Positions 26,930-39,837 of a stretch of DNA of 64,000 nucleotides are shown one piece after another. This DNA is from Eledone cirrhosa (Eukaryota). Where the stretch lies: positions 162,998,001-163,062,000 of the forward strand of contig OZ024742.1 in NCBI GenBank assembly GCA_964016885.1. The letters run 5' to 3'. Every line of letters begins with the position of its first letter. Position 1 is the stretch's first letter. Both the position numbers and the translations under genes were made by a program. The notes under the pieces are model-generated. The model was not told the origin of the DNA. It did no database searches and saw only the letters and a list, made by a program, of their open reading frames with translations.

Positions 26930-29900
26930 GGCTGGCGGGAAATTATCTCCCCTTGGACGGCTGAAAATTATCTCCCCTTGGACGGCTGGAAATTATCTCC
27001 CCTTGATTTTTTTACAAATTATCTCCCCCTGATTATTTTTTACAAATTATCTCCCCCTGATTTTTTTTTACAAATTATCTCCCCCTGATTTTTTTACAAA
27101 TTATCTCCCCTTGGCTGGCTGGAAATTATCTCCCCTTGGAGGCTGGAATTTATCTCCCCTTGGACGGTTAGAAATTACCTCTCCTTGGACTGCTGGAAAA
27201 TATGTCTCCTTGGACGGCTGGAAATTATCTCCCCTGCGACGGCTGGAAATTATCTCCCCTTGGACGGCTGGAAATTATCTCTCCTCGGACGACTAGAAAT
27301 TACCTCTCCTTGGACAGCTGAAAATTATCTCCCCTTGGACGGCTGGAAATTATCTCCCCTTGATTTTTTTTACAAATTATCTCCCTCTGATTTTTTTTTA
27401 CAAATTATCTCCCCCTGATTTTATTTTACAAATTATCTCCCCCTGATTTTTTTTACAAATTATCTGCCCCTGATATTTTTTACAAATTATCTCCCCCTGA
27501 TTTTTTTACAAATTATCTCCCCTTGGCTGGCTGGAAATTATCTCCCCTTGGAGGCTGGAATTTATCTCCCCTTGGACGGCTAGAAATTACCTCGCCTTGG
27601 ACGGCTGGAAAATATGTCTCCTTGGACGGCTGGAAATTATCTCCCCTTGGACGGCTGGAAATTATCTCCCCTTGGACGGCTAGATATTACCTCCCCTTGG
27701 ACGGCTGGAAATTATCTCCCCTTGATTTTTTTTACAAATTATCTCCGCCTGATTTTTTTTTACAAATTATCTCCCCCTGATTTTTTTTACAAATTATCTC
27801 CCCCTGATTTTTTTACAAATTATCTCCCCCCGATTTTTTTTACAAATTATATCCGCCTAATTTTTTTAAATATTATCTTCCCTTGGCTGGCGGGAAATTA
27901 TCTCCCCTTGGACGGCTGAAAATTATCTCCCCTTGGACGGCTGGAAATTATCTCCCCTTGATTTTTTTACAAATTATCTCCCCCTGATTATTTTTTACAA
28001 ATTATCTCCCCCTGATTTTTTTTTACAAATTATCTCCCTCTGATTTTTTTTACAAATTATCTCCCCTTGGCTGGCTGGAAATTATCTCCCCTTGGAGGCT
28101 GGAATTTATCTCCCCTTGGACGGTTAGAAATTACCTCTCCTTGGACTGCTGGAAAATATGTCTCCTTGGACGGCTGGAAATTATCTCCCCTTGGACGGCT
28201 GGAAATTATCTCCCCTTGGACGGCTGGAAATTATCTCTCCTCGGACGACTAGAAATTACCTCTCCTTGGACAGCTGAAAATTATCTCCCCTTGGACGGCT
28301 GGAAATTATCTCCCCTTGATTTTTTTTACAAATTATCTCCCCCTGATTTTTTTTTACAAATTATCTCCCCCTGATTTTTTTTTACAAATTATCTCCCCCT
28401 GATATTTTTTTACAAATTATCTCCACCTGATATTTTTTACAAATTATCTCCCCCTGATTTTTTTACAAATTATCTCCCCTTGGCTGGCTGGAAATGATCT
28501 CCCCTTGGAGGCTGGAATTTATCTCCCCTTGGACGGCTAGAAATTACCTCCCCTTGGACGGCTGGAAATTATCTCCCCTTGGACGGCTAGATATTACCTC
28601 CCCTTGGACGGCTGGAAATTATCTCCCCTTGATTTTTTTTACAATTTATCTCCCCCTGATTTTTTTTTACAAATTATCTCCCCCTGATTTTTTTTTACGA
28701 ATTATCTCCCCCTGATTTTTTTTTACAAATTATCTCCGCCTGATTTTTTTTAAAAAATTATCTCCCTTGAACGGCTGGAAATTATCTCCCCTTGGACGGC
28801 TGGAAATTATCTCCCCTTGGACGGCTAGAAATTACCTCTCCTTGGACGGCTGAAAATTATCTCCCCTTGGACGGCTGCAAATTATCTCCCCTTGATTTTT
28901 TAACAAATTATCTCCCCCTGATTTTTTTTTACAAATTATCTCCCCCTGATTTTTTTTTACAAATTATCTACGCCTAATTTTTTTTACAAATTATCTCCCC
29001 CTGATTTTTTTTTACAAATTATCTCCCCCTGATTTTTTTTACAAATTATCTCCCCCTGATTTTTTTTTACAAATTATTTCCCCCTGATTTTTTTACAAAT
29101 TATCTCCCCCCTGATTTTTTTTACAATCTCCGCCTGATTTTTTTAAAAATTATCTTCCCTTGGCTGGCGGGAAATTATCTCCCCTTGGACGGCTGGAAAT
29201 TATATCCCCTTGGAAGGATGGAAATTATCTCCCCTTGGACGGCTGGAAATTATCTCCCCTTGGACGGCTGGAAATTATCTCCCCTTGGACAGCTGGAAAT
29301 TATCTGCCCTTGATTTTGTTTTTACAAATTATCTCCCCCTGATTTTTTTTACAAATTATCTCCACCTGATTTTTAAAAAAATTATCTCCCCTTGGCTGGC
29401 GGGAAATTATCTCCCCTTGGACGGCTGAAAATTATCTCCCCTTGGACGGCTGGAAATTATCTCCCCTTGATTTTTTTTACAAATTATCTCCCCCTGATTT
29501 TTTTTTACAAATTATCTCCCCCTGATTTTTTTTACAAATTATCTCCCCCTGATTTTTTTTTACAAATTATCTCACTCTGATTTTTTTTACAAATTATCTC
29601 CCCCTGATTTTTTTACAAATTATCTCCCCTTGGCTAGCTGGAAATTATCTCCCCTTGGAGGCTGGAATTTATCTCCCCTTGGACGGCTAGAAATTACCTC
29701 TCCTTGGACGGCTGGAAAATATGTCTCCTTGGACGGCTGGATATTATCTACCCTTGGACGGCTGGAAATTATCTCCCCTTGGACGGCTGGAAATTATCTC
29801 CCCTTGGACGGCTAGATATTACCTCCCCTTGGACGGCTGGAAATTATCTCCCCTTGATTTTTTTACAAATTATCTCCCCCTGATTTTTTTACAAATTATC

Positions 29901-32900
29901 TCCCCCTGATTTTTTTTACAAATTATCTCCGCCTAATTTTTTTAAATATTATCTTCCCTTGGCTGGCGGGAAATTATCTCCCCTTGGACGGCTGAAAATT
30001 ATCTCCCCTTGGACGGCTGGAAATTATCTCCCCTTGATTTATTTTACAAATTATCTCCCCCTGATTTTTTTTTACAAATTATCTCCCCCTGATTTTTTTT
30101 ACAAATTATCTCCCCCTGATTTTTTTTACAAATTATCTCCCCTTGGCTGGCTGGAAATTATCTCCCCTTGGAGGCTGGAATTTATCTCCCCTTGGACGGC
30201 TAGAAATTACCTCTCCTTGGACGGCTGGAAAATATGTCCTTGGACGGCTGGATATTATCTACCCTTGGACGGCTGGAAATTATCTCCCCTTGGACGGCTG
30301 GAAATTATCTCCCCTTGGACGGCTAGATATTACCTCCCCTTGGACGGCTGGAAATTATCTCCCCTTGATTTTTTTTACAAATTATCTCCCCCTGATTTTT
30401 TTTTACAAATTATCTCCCCCTGATTTTTTTTACAAATTATCTCCCCCTGATTTTTTTTTACAAATTATCTACCCCTGATTTTTTTTTACAAATTAGCTCT
30501 CCCTGATTTTTTTTACAAATTATCTCCCCCTGATTTTTTTTTACAAATTATCTCCCCCTGATTTTTTTTTACAAATTATCTACCCCTGATTTTTTTTACA
30601 AATTATCTCCCCCTGATTTTTTTTACAAATTATCTCCCCCTGATTTTGTTTACAAATTATCTCCCCCTGATTTTTTTACAAATTATCTCCCCGTGATTTT
30701 TTTTACAAATTATCTCCGCCTAATTTTTTTAAATATTATCTTCCCTTGGCTGGCGGGAAATTATCTCCCCTTGGACGGCTGAAAATTATCTCTCCTTGGA
30801 CGGCTGGAAATTATCTCCCCTTGATTTTTTTACAAATTATCTCCCCCTGATTATTTTTTACAAATTATCTCCCCCTGATTTTTTTTTACAAATTATCTCC
30901 CCCTGATTTTTTTTACAAATTATCTCCCCCTGATTTTTTTACAAATTATCTCCCCTTGGCTGGCTGGAAATTATCTCCCCTTGGAGGCTGGAATTTATCT
31001 CCCCTTGGACGGTTAGAAATTACCTCTCCTTGGACGGCTGGAAAATATGTCTCCTTGGACGGCTGGAAATTATCGCCCCTTGGACGGCTGGAAATTATCT
31101 CCCCTTGGACGGCTGGAAATTATCTCTCCTCGGACGGCTAGAAATTACCTCTCCTTGGACAGCTGAAAATTATCTCCCCTTGGACGGCTGGAAATTATCT
31201 CCACTTGATTTTTTTTACAAATTATCTCCCCCTGATTTTTTTTTACAAATTATCTCCCCCTGATTTTTTTTTACAAATTATCTCCCCCTGATTTTTTTTT
31301 ACAAATTATCTCCCCCTGATATTTTTTACAAATTATCTCCCCCTGATTTTTTTACAAATTATCTCCCCTTGGCTGGCTGGAAATTATCTCCCCTTGGAGG
31401 CTGGAATTTATCTCCCCTTAGACGGCTAGAAATTACCTCGCCTTGGCCGGCTGGAAAATATGTCTCCTTGGACGGCTGGAAATTATCTCCCCTTGGACGG
31501 CTGGAAATTATCTCCCCTTGGACGGCTGGAAATTATCTCCCCTTGGACGGCTAGATATTACCTCCCCTTGGACGGCTGGAAATTATCTCCCCTTGGACGG
31601 CTAGATATTACCTCCCCTTGGACGGCTGGAAATTATCTCCCCTTGATTTTTTTTACAAATTATCTCCCCCTGATTTTTTTTTACAAATTATCTCCCCCTG
31701 ATTTTTTTTTACGAATTATCTCCCCCCGATTTTTTTTTACAAATTATCTCCGCCTGATTTTTTAAAAAAAATTATCTCCCCTTGAACGGCTGGAAATTAT
31801 CTCCCCTTGGACGGCTGGAAATTATCTCCCCTTGGACGGCTAGAAATTACCTCTCCTTGGACGGCTGAAAATTATCTCCCCTTGGACGGCTGCAAATTAT
31901 CTCCCCTTGATTTTTTAACAAATTATCTCCCCCTGATTTTTTTTTACAAATTATCTCCCCCTGATTTTTTTTTTAAAATTATCTCCCCCTGATTTTTTTA
32001 CAAATTATCTCCCCCTGATTTTTTTTACAATCTCCGCCTGATTTTTTTAAAAATTATCTTCCCTTGGCTGGCGGGAAATTATCTCCCCTTGGACGGCTGG
32101 AAATTATATCCCCTTGGAAGGATGGAAATTATCTCCCCTTGGACGGCTGGAAATTATCTCCCCTTGGACGGCTGGAAATTATCTCCCCTTGGACAGCTGG
32201 AAATTATCTGCCCTTGATTTTGTTTTTACAAATTATCTCCCCCTGATTTTTTTTACAAATTATCTCCACCTGATTTTTTCAAAAATTATCTCCCCTTGGA
32301 CGGCTGAAAATTATCTCGCCTTGATTTTTTTACAAATTATCTCCCCCTGATTTTTTTTACAAATTATCTCCCCCTGATTTTTTGTTACAAATTATCTCCC
32401 CCTGATTTTTTTACAAATTATCTCCCCCTGATTTTTTTTACAAATTATCTCCGCCTGATTTTTTTAAATATTATCTTCCCTTGGCTGGCGGGAAATTATC
32501 TCCCCTTGGACGGCTGAAAATTATCTCCCCTTGGACGGCTGGAAATTATCTCCCCCTGATTTTTTTTACAAATTATCTCCCCCTGATTTTTTTTTACAAA
32601 TTATCTCCCCCTGATTTTTTTTTACAAATTATCTGCCCCTGATTTTTTTTACAAATTATCTCCCCCTGATTTTTTTACAAATTATCTCCCCTTGGCTGGC
32701 TGGAAATTATCTCCCCTTGGAGGCTGGAATTTATCTCCCCTTGGACGGCTAGAAATTACCTCTCCTTGGACGGCTGGAAAATATTTCTCCTTGGACGGCT
32801 GGATATTATCTACCCTTGGACGGGTGGAAATTATCTCCCCTTAGACGGCTGGAAATTATCTCCCCTTGGACGGCTAGATATTACCTCCCCTTGGACGGCT

Positions 32901-35900
32901 GGAAATTATCTCCCCTTGATTTTTTTACAAATTATCTCCCCCTGATTTTTTTTTTACAAATTATTTCCCCCTGATTTTTTTACAAATTATCTCCCCCTGA
33001 TTTTTTTTACAAATTATCTCCGCCTGATTTTTTTAAATATTATCTTCTCTTGGCTGGCGGGAAATTATCTCCCCTTGGACGGCTGAAAATTATCTCCCCT
33101 TGGACGGCTGGAAATTATCTCCCCTTGATTTTTTTACAAATTATCTCCCCCTGATTATTTTTTACAAATTATCTCCCCCTGATTTTTTTTTACAAATTAT
33201 CTCCCCCTGATTTTTTTACAAATTATCTCCCCTTGGCTGGCTGGAAATTATCTCCCCTTGGAGGCTGGAATTTATCTCCCCTTGGACGGTTAGAAATTAC
33301 CTCTCCTTGGACTGCTGGAAAATATGTCTCCTTGGACGGCTGGAAATTATCTCCCCTGCGACGGCTGGAAATTATCTCCCCTTGGACGGCTGGAAATTAT
33401 CTCTCCTCGGACGACTAGAAATTACCTCTCCTTGGACAGCTGAAAATTATCTCCCCTTGGACGGCTGGAAATTATCTCCCCTTGATTTTTTTTACAAATT
33501 ATCTCCCTCTGATTTTTTTTTACAAATTATCTCCCCCTGATTTTATTTTACAAATTATCTCCCCCTGATTTTTTTTACAAATTATCTGCCCCTGATATTT
33601 TTTACAAATTATCTCCCCCTGATTTTTTTACAAATTATCTCCCCTTGGCTGGCTGGAAATTATCTCCCCTTGGAGGCTGGAATTTATCTCCCCTTGGACG
33701 GCTAGAAATTACCTCGCCTTGGACGGCTGGAAAATATGTCTCCTTGGACGGCTGGAAATTATCTCCCCTTGGACGGCTGGAAATTATCTCCCCTTGGACG
33801 GCTAGATATTACCTCCCCTTGGACGGCTGGAAATTATCTCCCCTTGATTTTTTTTACAAATTATCTCCGCCTGATTTTTTTTTACAAATTATCTCCCCCT
33901 GATTTTTTTTACAAATTATCTCCCCCTGATTTTTTTACAAATTATCTCCCCCCGATTTTTTTTACAAATTATATCCGCCTAATTTTTTTAAATATTATCT
34001 TCCCTTGGCTGGCGGGAAATTATCTCCCCTTGGACGGCTGAAAATTATCTCCCCTTGGACGGCTGGAAATTATCTCCCCTTGATTTTTTTACAAATTATC
34101 TCCCCCTGATTATTTTTTACAAATTATCTCCCCCTGATTTTTTTTTACAAATTATCTCCCTCTGATTTTTTTTACAAATTATCTCCCCTTGGCTGGCTGG
34201 AAATTATCTCCCCTTGGAGGCTGGAATTTATCTCCCCTTGGACGGTTAGAAATTACCTCTCCTTGGACTGCTGGAAAATATGTCTCCTTGGACGGCTGGA
34301 AATTATCTCCCCTTGGACGGCTGGAAATTATCTCCCCTTGGACGGCTGGAAATTATCTCTCCTCGGACGACTAGAAATTACCTCTCCTTGGACAGCTGAA
34401 AATTATCTCCCCTTGGACGGCTGGAAATTATCTCCCCTTGATTTTTTTTACAAATTATCTCCCCCTGATTTTTTTTTACAAATTATCTCCCCCTGATTTT
34501 TTTTTACAAATTATCTCTCCCTGATATTTTTTACAAATTATCTCCCCCTGATATTTTTTACAAATTATCTCCCCCTGATTTTTTTACAAATTATCTCCCC
34601 TTGGCTGGCTGGAAATGATCTCCCCTTGGAGGCTGGAATTTATCTCCCCTTGGACGGCTAGAAATTACCTCCCCTTGGACGGCTGGAAATTATCTCCCCT
34701 TGGACGGCTAGATATTACCTCCCCTTGGACGGCTGGAAATTATCTCCCCTTGATTTTTTTTACAATTTATCTCCCCCTGATTTTTTTTTACAAATTATCT
34801 CCCCCTGATTTTTTTTTACGAATTATCTCCCCCTGATTTTTTTTTACAAATTATCTCCGCCTGATTTTTTTTTAAAAATTATCTCCCTTGAACGGCTGGA
34901 AATTATCTCCCCTTGGACGGCTGGAAATTATCTCCCCTTGGACGGCTAGAAATTACCTCTCCTTGGACGGCTGAAAATTATCTCCCCTTGGACGGCTGCA
35001 AATTATCTCCCCTTGATTTTTTAACAAATTATCTCCCCCTGATTTTTTTTTACAAATTATCTCCCCCTGATTTTTTTTTACAAATTATCTACGCCTAATT
35101 TTTTTTACAAATTATCTCCCCCTGATTTTTTTTTACAAATTATCTCCCCCTGATTTTTTTTACAAATTATCTCCCCCTGATTTTTTTTTACAAATTATTT
35201 CCCCCTGATTTTTTTACAAATTATCTCCCCCCTGATTTTTTTTACAATCTCCGCCTGATTTTTTTAAAAATTATCTTCCCTTGGCTGGCGGGAAATTATC
35301 TCCCCTTGGACGGCTGGAAATTATATCCCCTTGGAAGGATGGAAATTATCTCCCCTTGGACGGCTGGAAATTATCTCCCCTTGGACGGCTGGAAATTATC
35401 TCCCCTTGGACAGCTGGAAATTATCTGCCCTTGATTTTGTTTTTACAAATTATCTCCCCCTGATTTTTTTTACAAATTATCTCCACCTGATTTTTAAAAA
35501 AATTATCTCCCCTTGGACGGCTGGAAATTATCTCCCCTTGGACGGCTGGAAATTATCTCCCCTTGGACAGCTGGAAATTATCTGCCCTTGATTTTGTTTT
35601 TACAAATTATCTCCCCCTGATTTTTTTTTACAAATTATCTCCCCCTGATTTTTTTTACAAATTATCTCCGCCTGATTTTTTTAAATATTATCTTCCCTTG
35701 GCTGGCGGGAAATTATCTCCCCTTGGACGGCTGAAAATTATCTCCCCTTGGACGGCTGGAAATTATCTCCCCTTGATTTTTTTTACAAATTATCTCCCCC
35801 TGATTTTTTTTTACAAATTATCTCCCCCTGATTTTTTTTACAAATTATCTCCCCCTGATTTTTTTTTACAAATTATCTCACTCTGATTTTTTTTACAAAT

Positions 35901-36670
35901 TATCTCCCCCTGATTTTTTTACAAATTATCTCCCCTTGGCTAGCTGGAAATTATCTCCCCTTGGAGGCTGGAATTTATCTCCCCTTGGACGGCTAGAAAT
36001 TACCTCTCCTTGGACGGCTGGAAAATATGTCTCCTTGGACGGCTGGATATTATCTACCCTTGGACGGCTGGAAATTATCTCCCCTTGGACGGCTGGAAAT
36101 TATCTCCCCTTGGACGGCTAGATATTACCTCCCCTTGGACGGCTGGAAATTATCTCCCCTTGATTTTTTTACAAATTATCTCCCCCTGATTTTTTTACAA
36201 ATTATCTCCCCCTGATTTTTTTTACAAATTATCTCCGCCTAATTTTTTTAAATATTATCTTCCCTTGGCTGGCGGGAAATTATCTCCCCTTGGACGGCTG
36301 AAAATTATCTCCCCTTGGACGGCTGGAAATTATCTCCCCTTGATTTATTTTACAAATTATCTCCCCCTGATTTTTTTTTACAAATTATCTCCCCCTGATT
36401 TTTTTTACAAATTATCTCCCCCTGATTTTTTTTACAAATTATCTCCCCTTGGCTGGCTGGAAATTATCTCCCCTTGGAGGCTGGAATTTATCTCCCCTTG
36501 GACGGCTAGAAATTACCTCTCCTTGGACGGCTGGAAAATATGTCCTTGGACGGCTGGATATTATCTACCCTTGGACGGCTGGAAATTATCTCCCCTTGGA
36601 CGGCTGGAAATTATCTCCCCTTGGACGGCTAGATATTACCTCCCCTTGGACGGCTGGAAATTATCTCCCC
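26930..36670. repeat. ~6.1-6.3-kb-offset duplication (~26.9-30.4 kb repeated at ~33.1-36.7 kb)
   Basis: Twins 27111/33233, 27523/33645, 28067/34189 (offset 6122), 28494/34615, 29160/35281 (6121), and 29630/35936, 29959/36265 (6306). Shared variants CTCACTCTGA and TTGATTTATTTTAC. Confidence 0.85.
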
Positions 36671-39600
36671 TTGATTTATTTTACAATTTATCTCCCCCTG
36701 ATTTTTTTTTACAAATTATCTCCCCCTGATTTTTTTTTACGAATTATCTCCCCCTGATATTTTTTTACAAATTATCTCCGCCTGATTTTTTTTTAAAAAT
36801 TATCTCCCCTTGAACGGCTGGAAATTATCTCCCCTTGGACGGCTGGAAATTATCTCCCCTTGGACGGCTAGAAATTACCTCTCCTTGGACGGCTGAAAAT
36901 TATCTCCCCTTGGACGGCTGCAAATTATCTCCCCTTGATTTTTTAACAAATTATCTCCCCCTGATTTTTTTTTACAAATTATCTCCCCCTGATTTTTTTT
37001 TACAAATTATCTACGCCTAATTTTTTTTACAAATTATCTCCCCCTGATTTTTTTTTACAAATTATCTCCCCCTGATTTTTTTTACAAATTATCTCCCCCT
37101 GATTTTTTTTTACAAATTATTTCCCCCTGATTTTTTTACAAATTATCTCCCCCCTGATTTTTTTTACAATCTCCGCCTGATTTTTTTAATAATTATCTTC
37201 CCTTGGCTGGCTGGAAATTATATCCCCTTGGAAGGATGGAAATTATCTCCCCTTGGACGGCTGGAAATTATCTCCCCTTGGACGGCTGGAAATTATCTGC
37301 CCTTGATTTTGTTTTTACAAATTATCTCCCCCTGATTTTTTTTACAAATTATCTCCACCTGATTTTTAAAAAAATTATCTCCCCTTGGACGTCTGGAAAT
37401 TATCTCCCCTTGATTTTTTTACAAATTATCTCCCCCTGATTTTTTTTACAAATTATCTCCGCCTGATTTTTTTAAATATTATCTTCCCTTGGCTGGCGGG
37501 AAATTATCTCCCCTTGGACGGCTGAAAATTATCTCCCCTTGGACGGCTGGAAATTATCTCCCCTTGATTTTTTTTACAAATTATCTCCCCCTGATTTTTT
37601 TTTACAAATTATCTCCCCCTGATTTTTTTTTACAAATTATCTCCCCCTGATTTTTTTTTACAAATTATCTCACCCTGATTTTTTTTACAAATTATCTCCC
37701 CCTGATTTTTTTACAAATTATCTCCCCTTGGCTGGCTGTTAATTATCTCCCCTTGGAGGCTGGAATTTATCTCCCCTTGGACGGCTAGAAATTACCTCTC
37801 CTTGGACGGCTGGAAAATATGTCTCCTTGGACGGCTGGATATTATCTACCCTTGGACGGCTGGAAATTATCTCCCCTTGGACGGCTGGAAATTATCTCCC
37901 CTTGGACGGCTAGATATTACCTCCCCTTGGACGGCTGGAAATTATCTCCCCTTGATTTTTTTACAAATTATCTCCCCCTGATTTTTTTACAAATTATCTC
38001 CCCCTGATTTTTTTTACAAATTATCTCCGCCTAATTTTTTTAAATATTATCTTCCCTTGGCTGGCGGGAAATTATCTCCCCTTGGACGGCTGAAAATTAT
38101 CTCCCCTTGGACGGCTGGAAATTATCTCCCCTTGATTTTTTTTACAAATTATCTCCCCCTGATTTTTTTTTACAAATTATCTCCCCCTGATTTTTTTTAC
38201 AAATTATCTCCCCCTGATTTTTTTACAAATTATCTCCCCTTGGCTGGCTGGAAATTATCTCCCCTTGGAGGCTGGAATTTATCTCCCCTTGGACGGCTAG
38301 AAATTACCTCTCCTTGGACGGCTGGAAAATATGTCCTTGGACGGCTGGATATTATCTACCCTTGGACGGCTGGAAATTATCTCCCCTTGGACGGCTGGAA
38401 ATTATCTCCCCTTGGACGGCTAGATATTACCTCCCCTTGGACGGCTGGAAATTATCTCCCCTTGATTTTTTTTACAAATTATCTCCCCCTGATTTTTTTT
38501 TACAAATTATCTCCCCCTGATTTTTTTTTACAAATTATCTCCCCCTGATTTTTTTTTACAAATTATCTACCCCTGATTTTTTTTTACAAATTATCTCCCC
38601 CTGATTTTTTTTACAAATTATCTCCCCCTGATTTTTTTTTACAAATTATCTCCCCCTGATTTTTTTTTACAAATTATCTACCCCTGATTTTTTTTACAAA
38701 TTATCTCCCCCTGATTTTTTTTACAAATTATCTCCCCCTGATTTTTTTTACAAATTATCTCCGCCTAATTTTTTTAAATATTATCTTCCCTTGGCTGGCG
38801 GGAAATTATCTCCCCTTGGACGGCTGAAAATTATCTCTCCTTGGACGGCTGGAAATTATCTCCCCTTGATTTTTTTACAAATTATCTCCCCCTGATTATT
38901 TTTTACAAATTATCTCCCCCTGATTTTTTTTTACAAATCATCTCCCCCTGATTTTTTTTACAAATTATCTCCCCCTGATTTTTTTACAAATTATCTCCCC
39001 TTGGCTGGCTGGAAATTATCTCCCCTTGGAGGCTGGAATTTATCTCCCCTTGGACGGTTAGAAATTACCTCTCCTTGGACGGCTGGAAAATATGTCTCCT
39101 TGGACGGCTGGAAATTATCGCCCCTTGGACGGCTGGAAATTATCTCCCCTTGGACGGCTGGAAATTATCTCTCCTCGGACGGCTAGAAATTACCTCTCCT
39201 TGGACAGCTGAAAATTATCTCCCCTTGGACGGCTGGAAATTATCTCCCCTTGATTTTTTTTACAAATTATCTCCCCCTGATTTTTTTTACAAATTATCTC
39301 CCCCTGATTTTTTTTTACAAATTATCTCCCCCTGATTTTTTTTTACAAATTATCTCCCCCTGATATTTTTTACAAATTATCTCCCCCTGATTTTTTTACA
39401 AATTATCTCCCCTTGGCTGGCTGGAAATTATCTCCCCTTGGAGGCTGGAATTTATCTCCCCTTAGACGGCTAGAAATTACCTCGCCTTGGACGGCTGGAA
39501 AATATGTCTCCTTGGACGGCTGGAAATTATCTCCCCTTGGACGGCTGGAAATTATCTCCCCTTGGACGGCTGGAAATTATCTCCCCTTGGACGGCTAGAT

Positions 39601-39837
39601 ATTACCTCCCCTTGGACGGCTGGAAATTATCTCCCCTTGGACGGCTAGATATTACCTCCCCTTGGACGGCTGGAAATTATCTCCCCTTGATTTTTTTTAC
39701 AAATTATCTCCCCCTGATTTTTTTTTACAAATTATCTCCCCCTGATTTTTTTTTACGAATTATCTCCCCCCGATTTTTTATTACAAATTATCTCCGCCTG
39801 ATTTTTTAAAAAAAATTATCTCCCCTTGAACGGCTGG

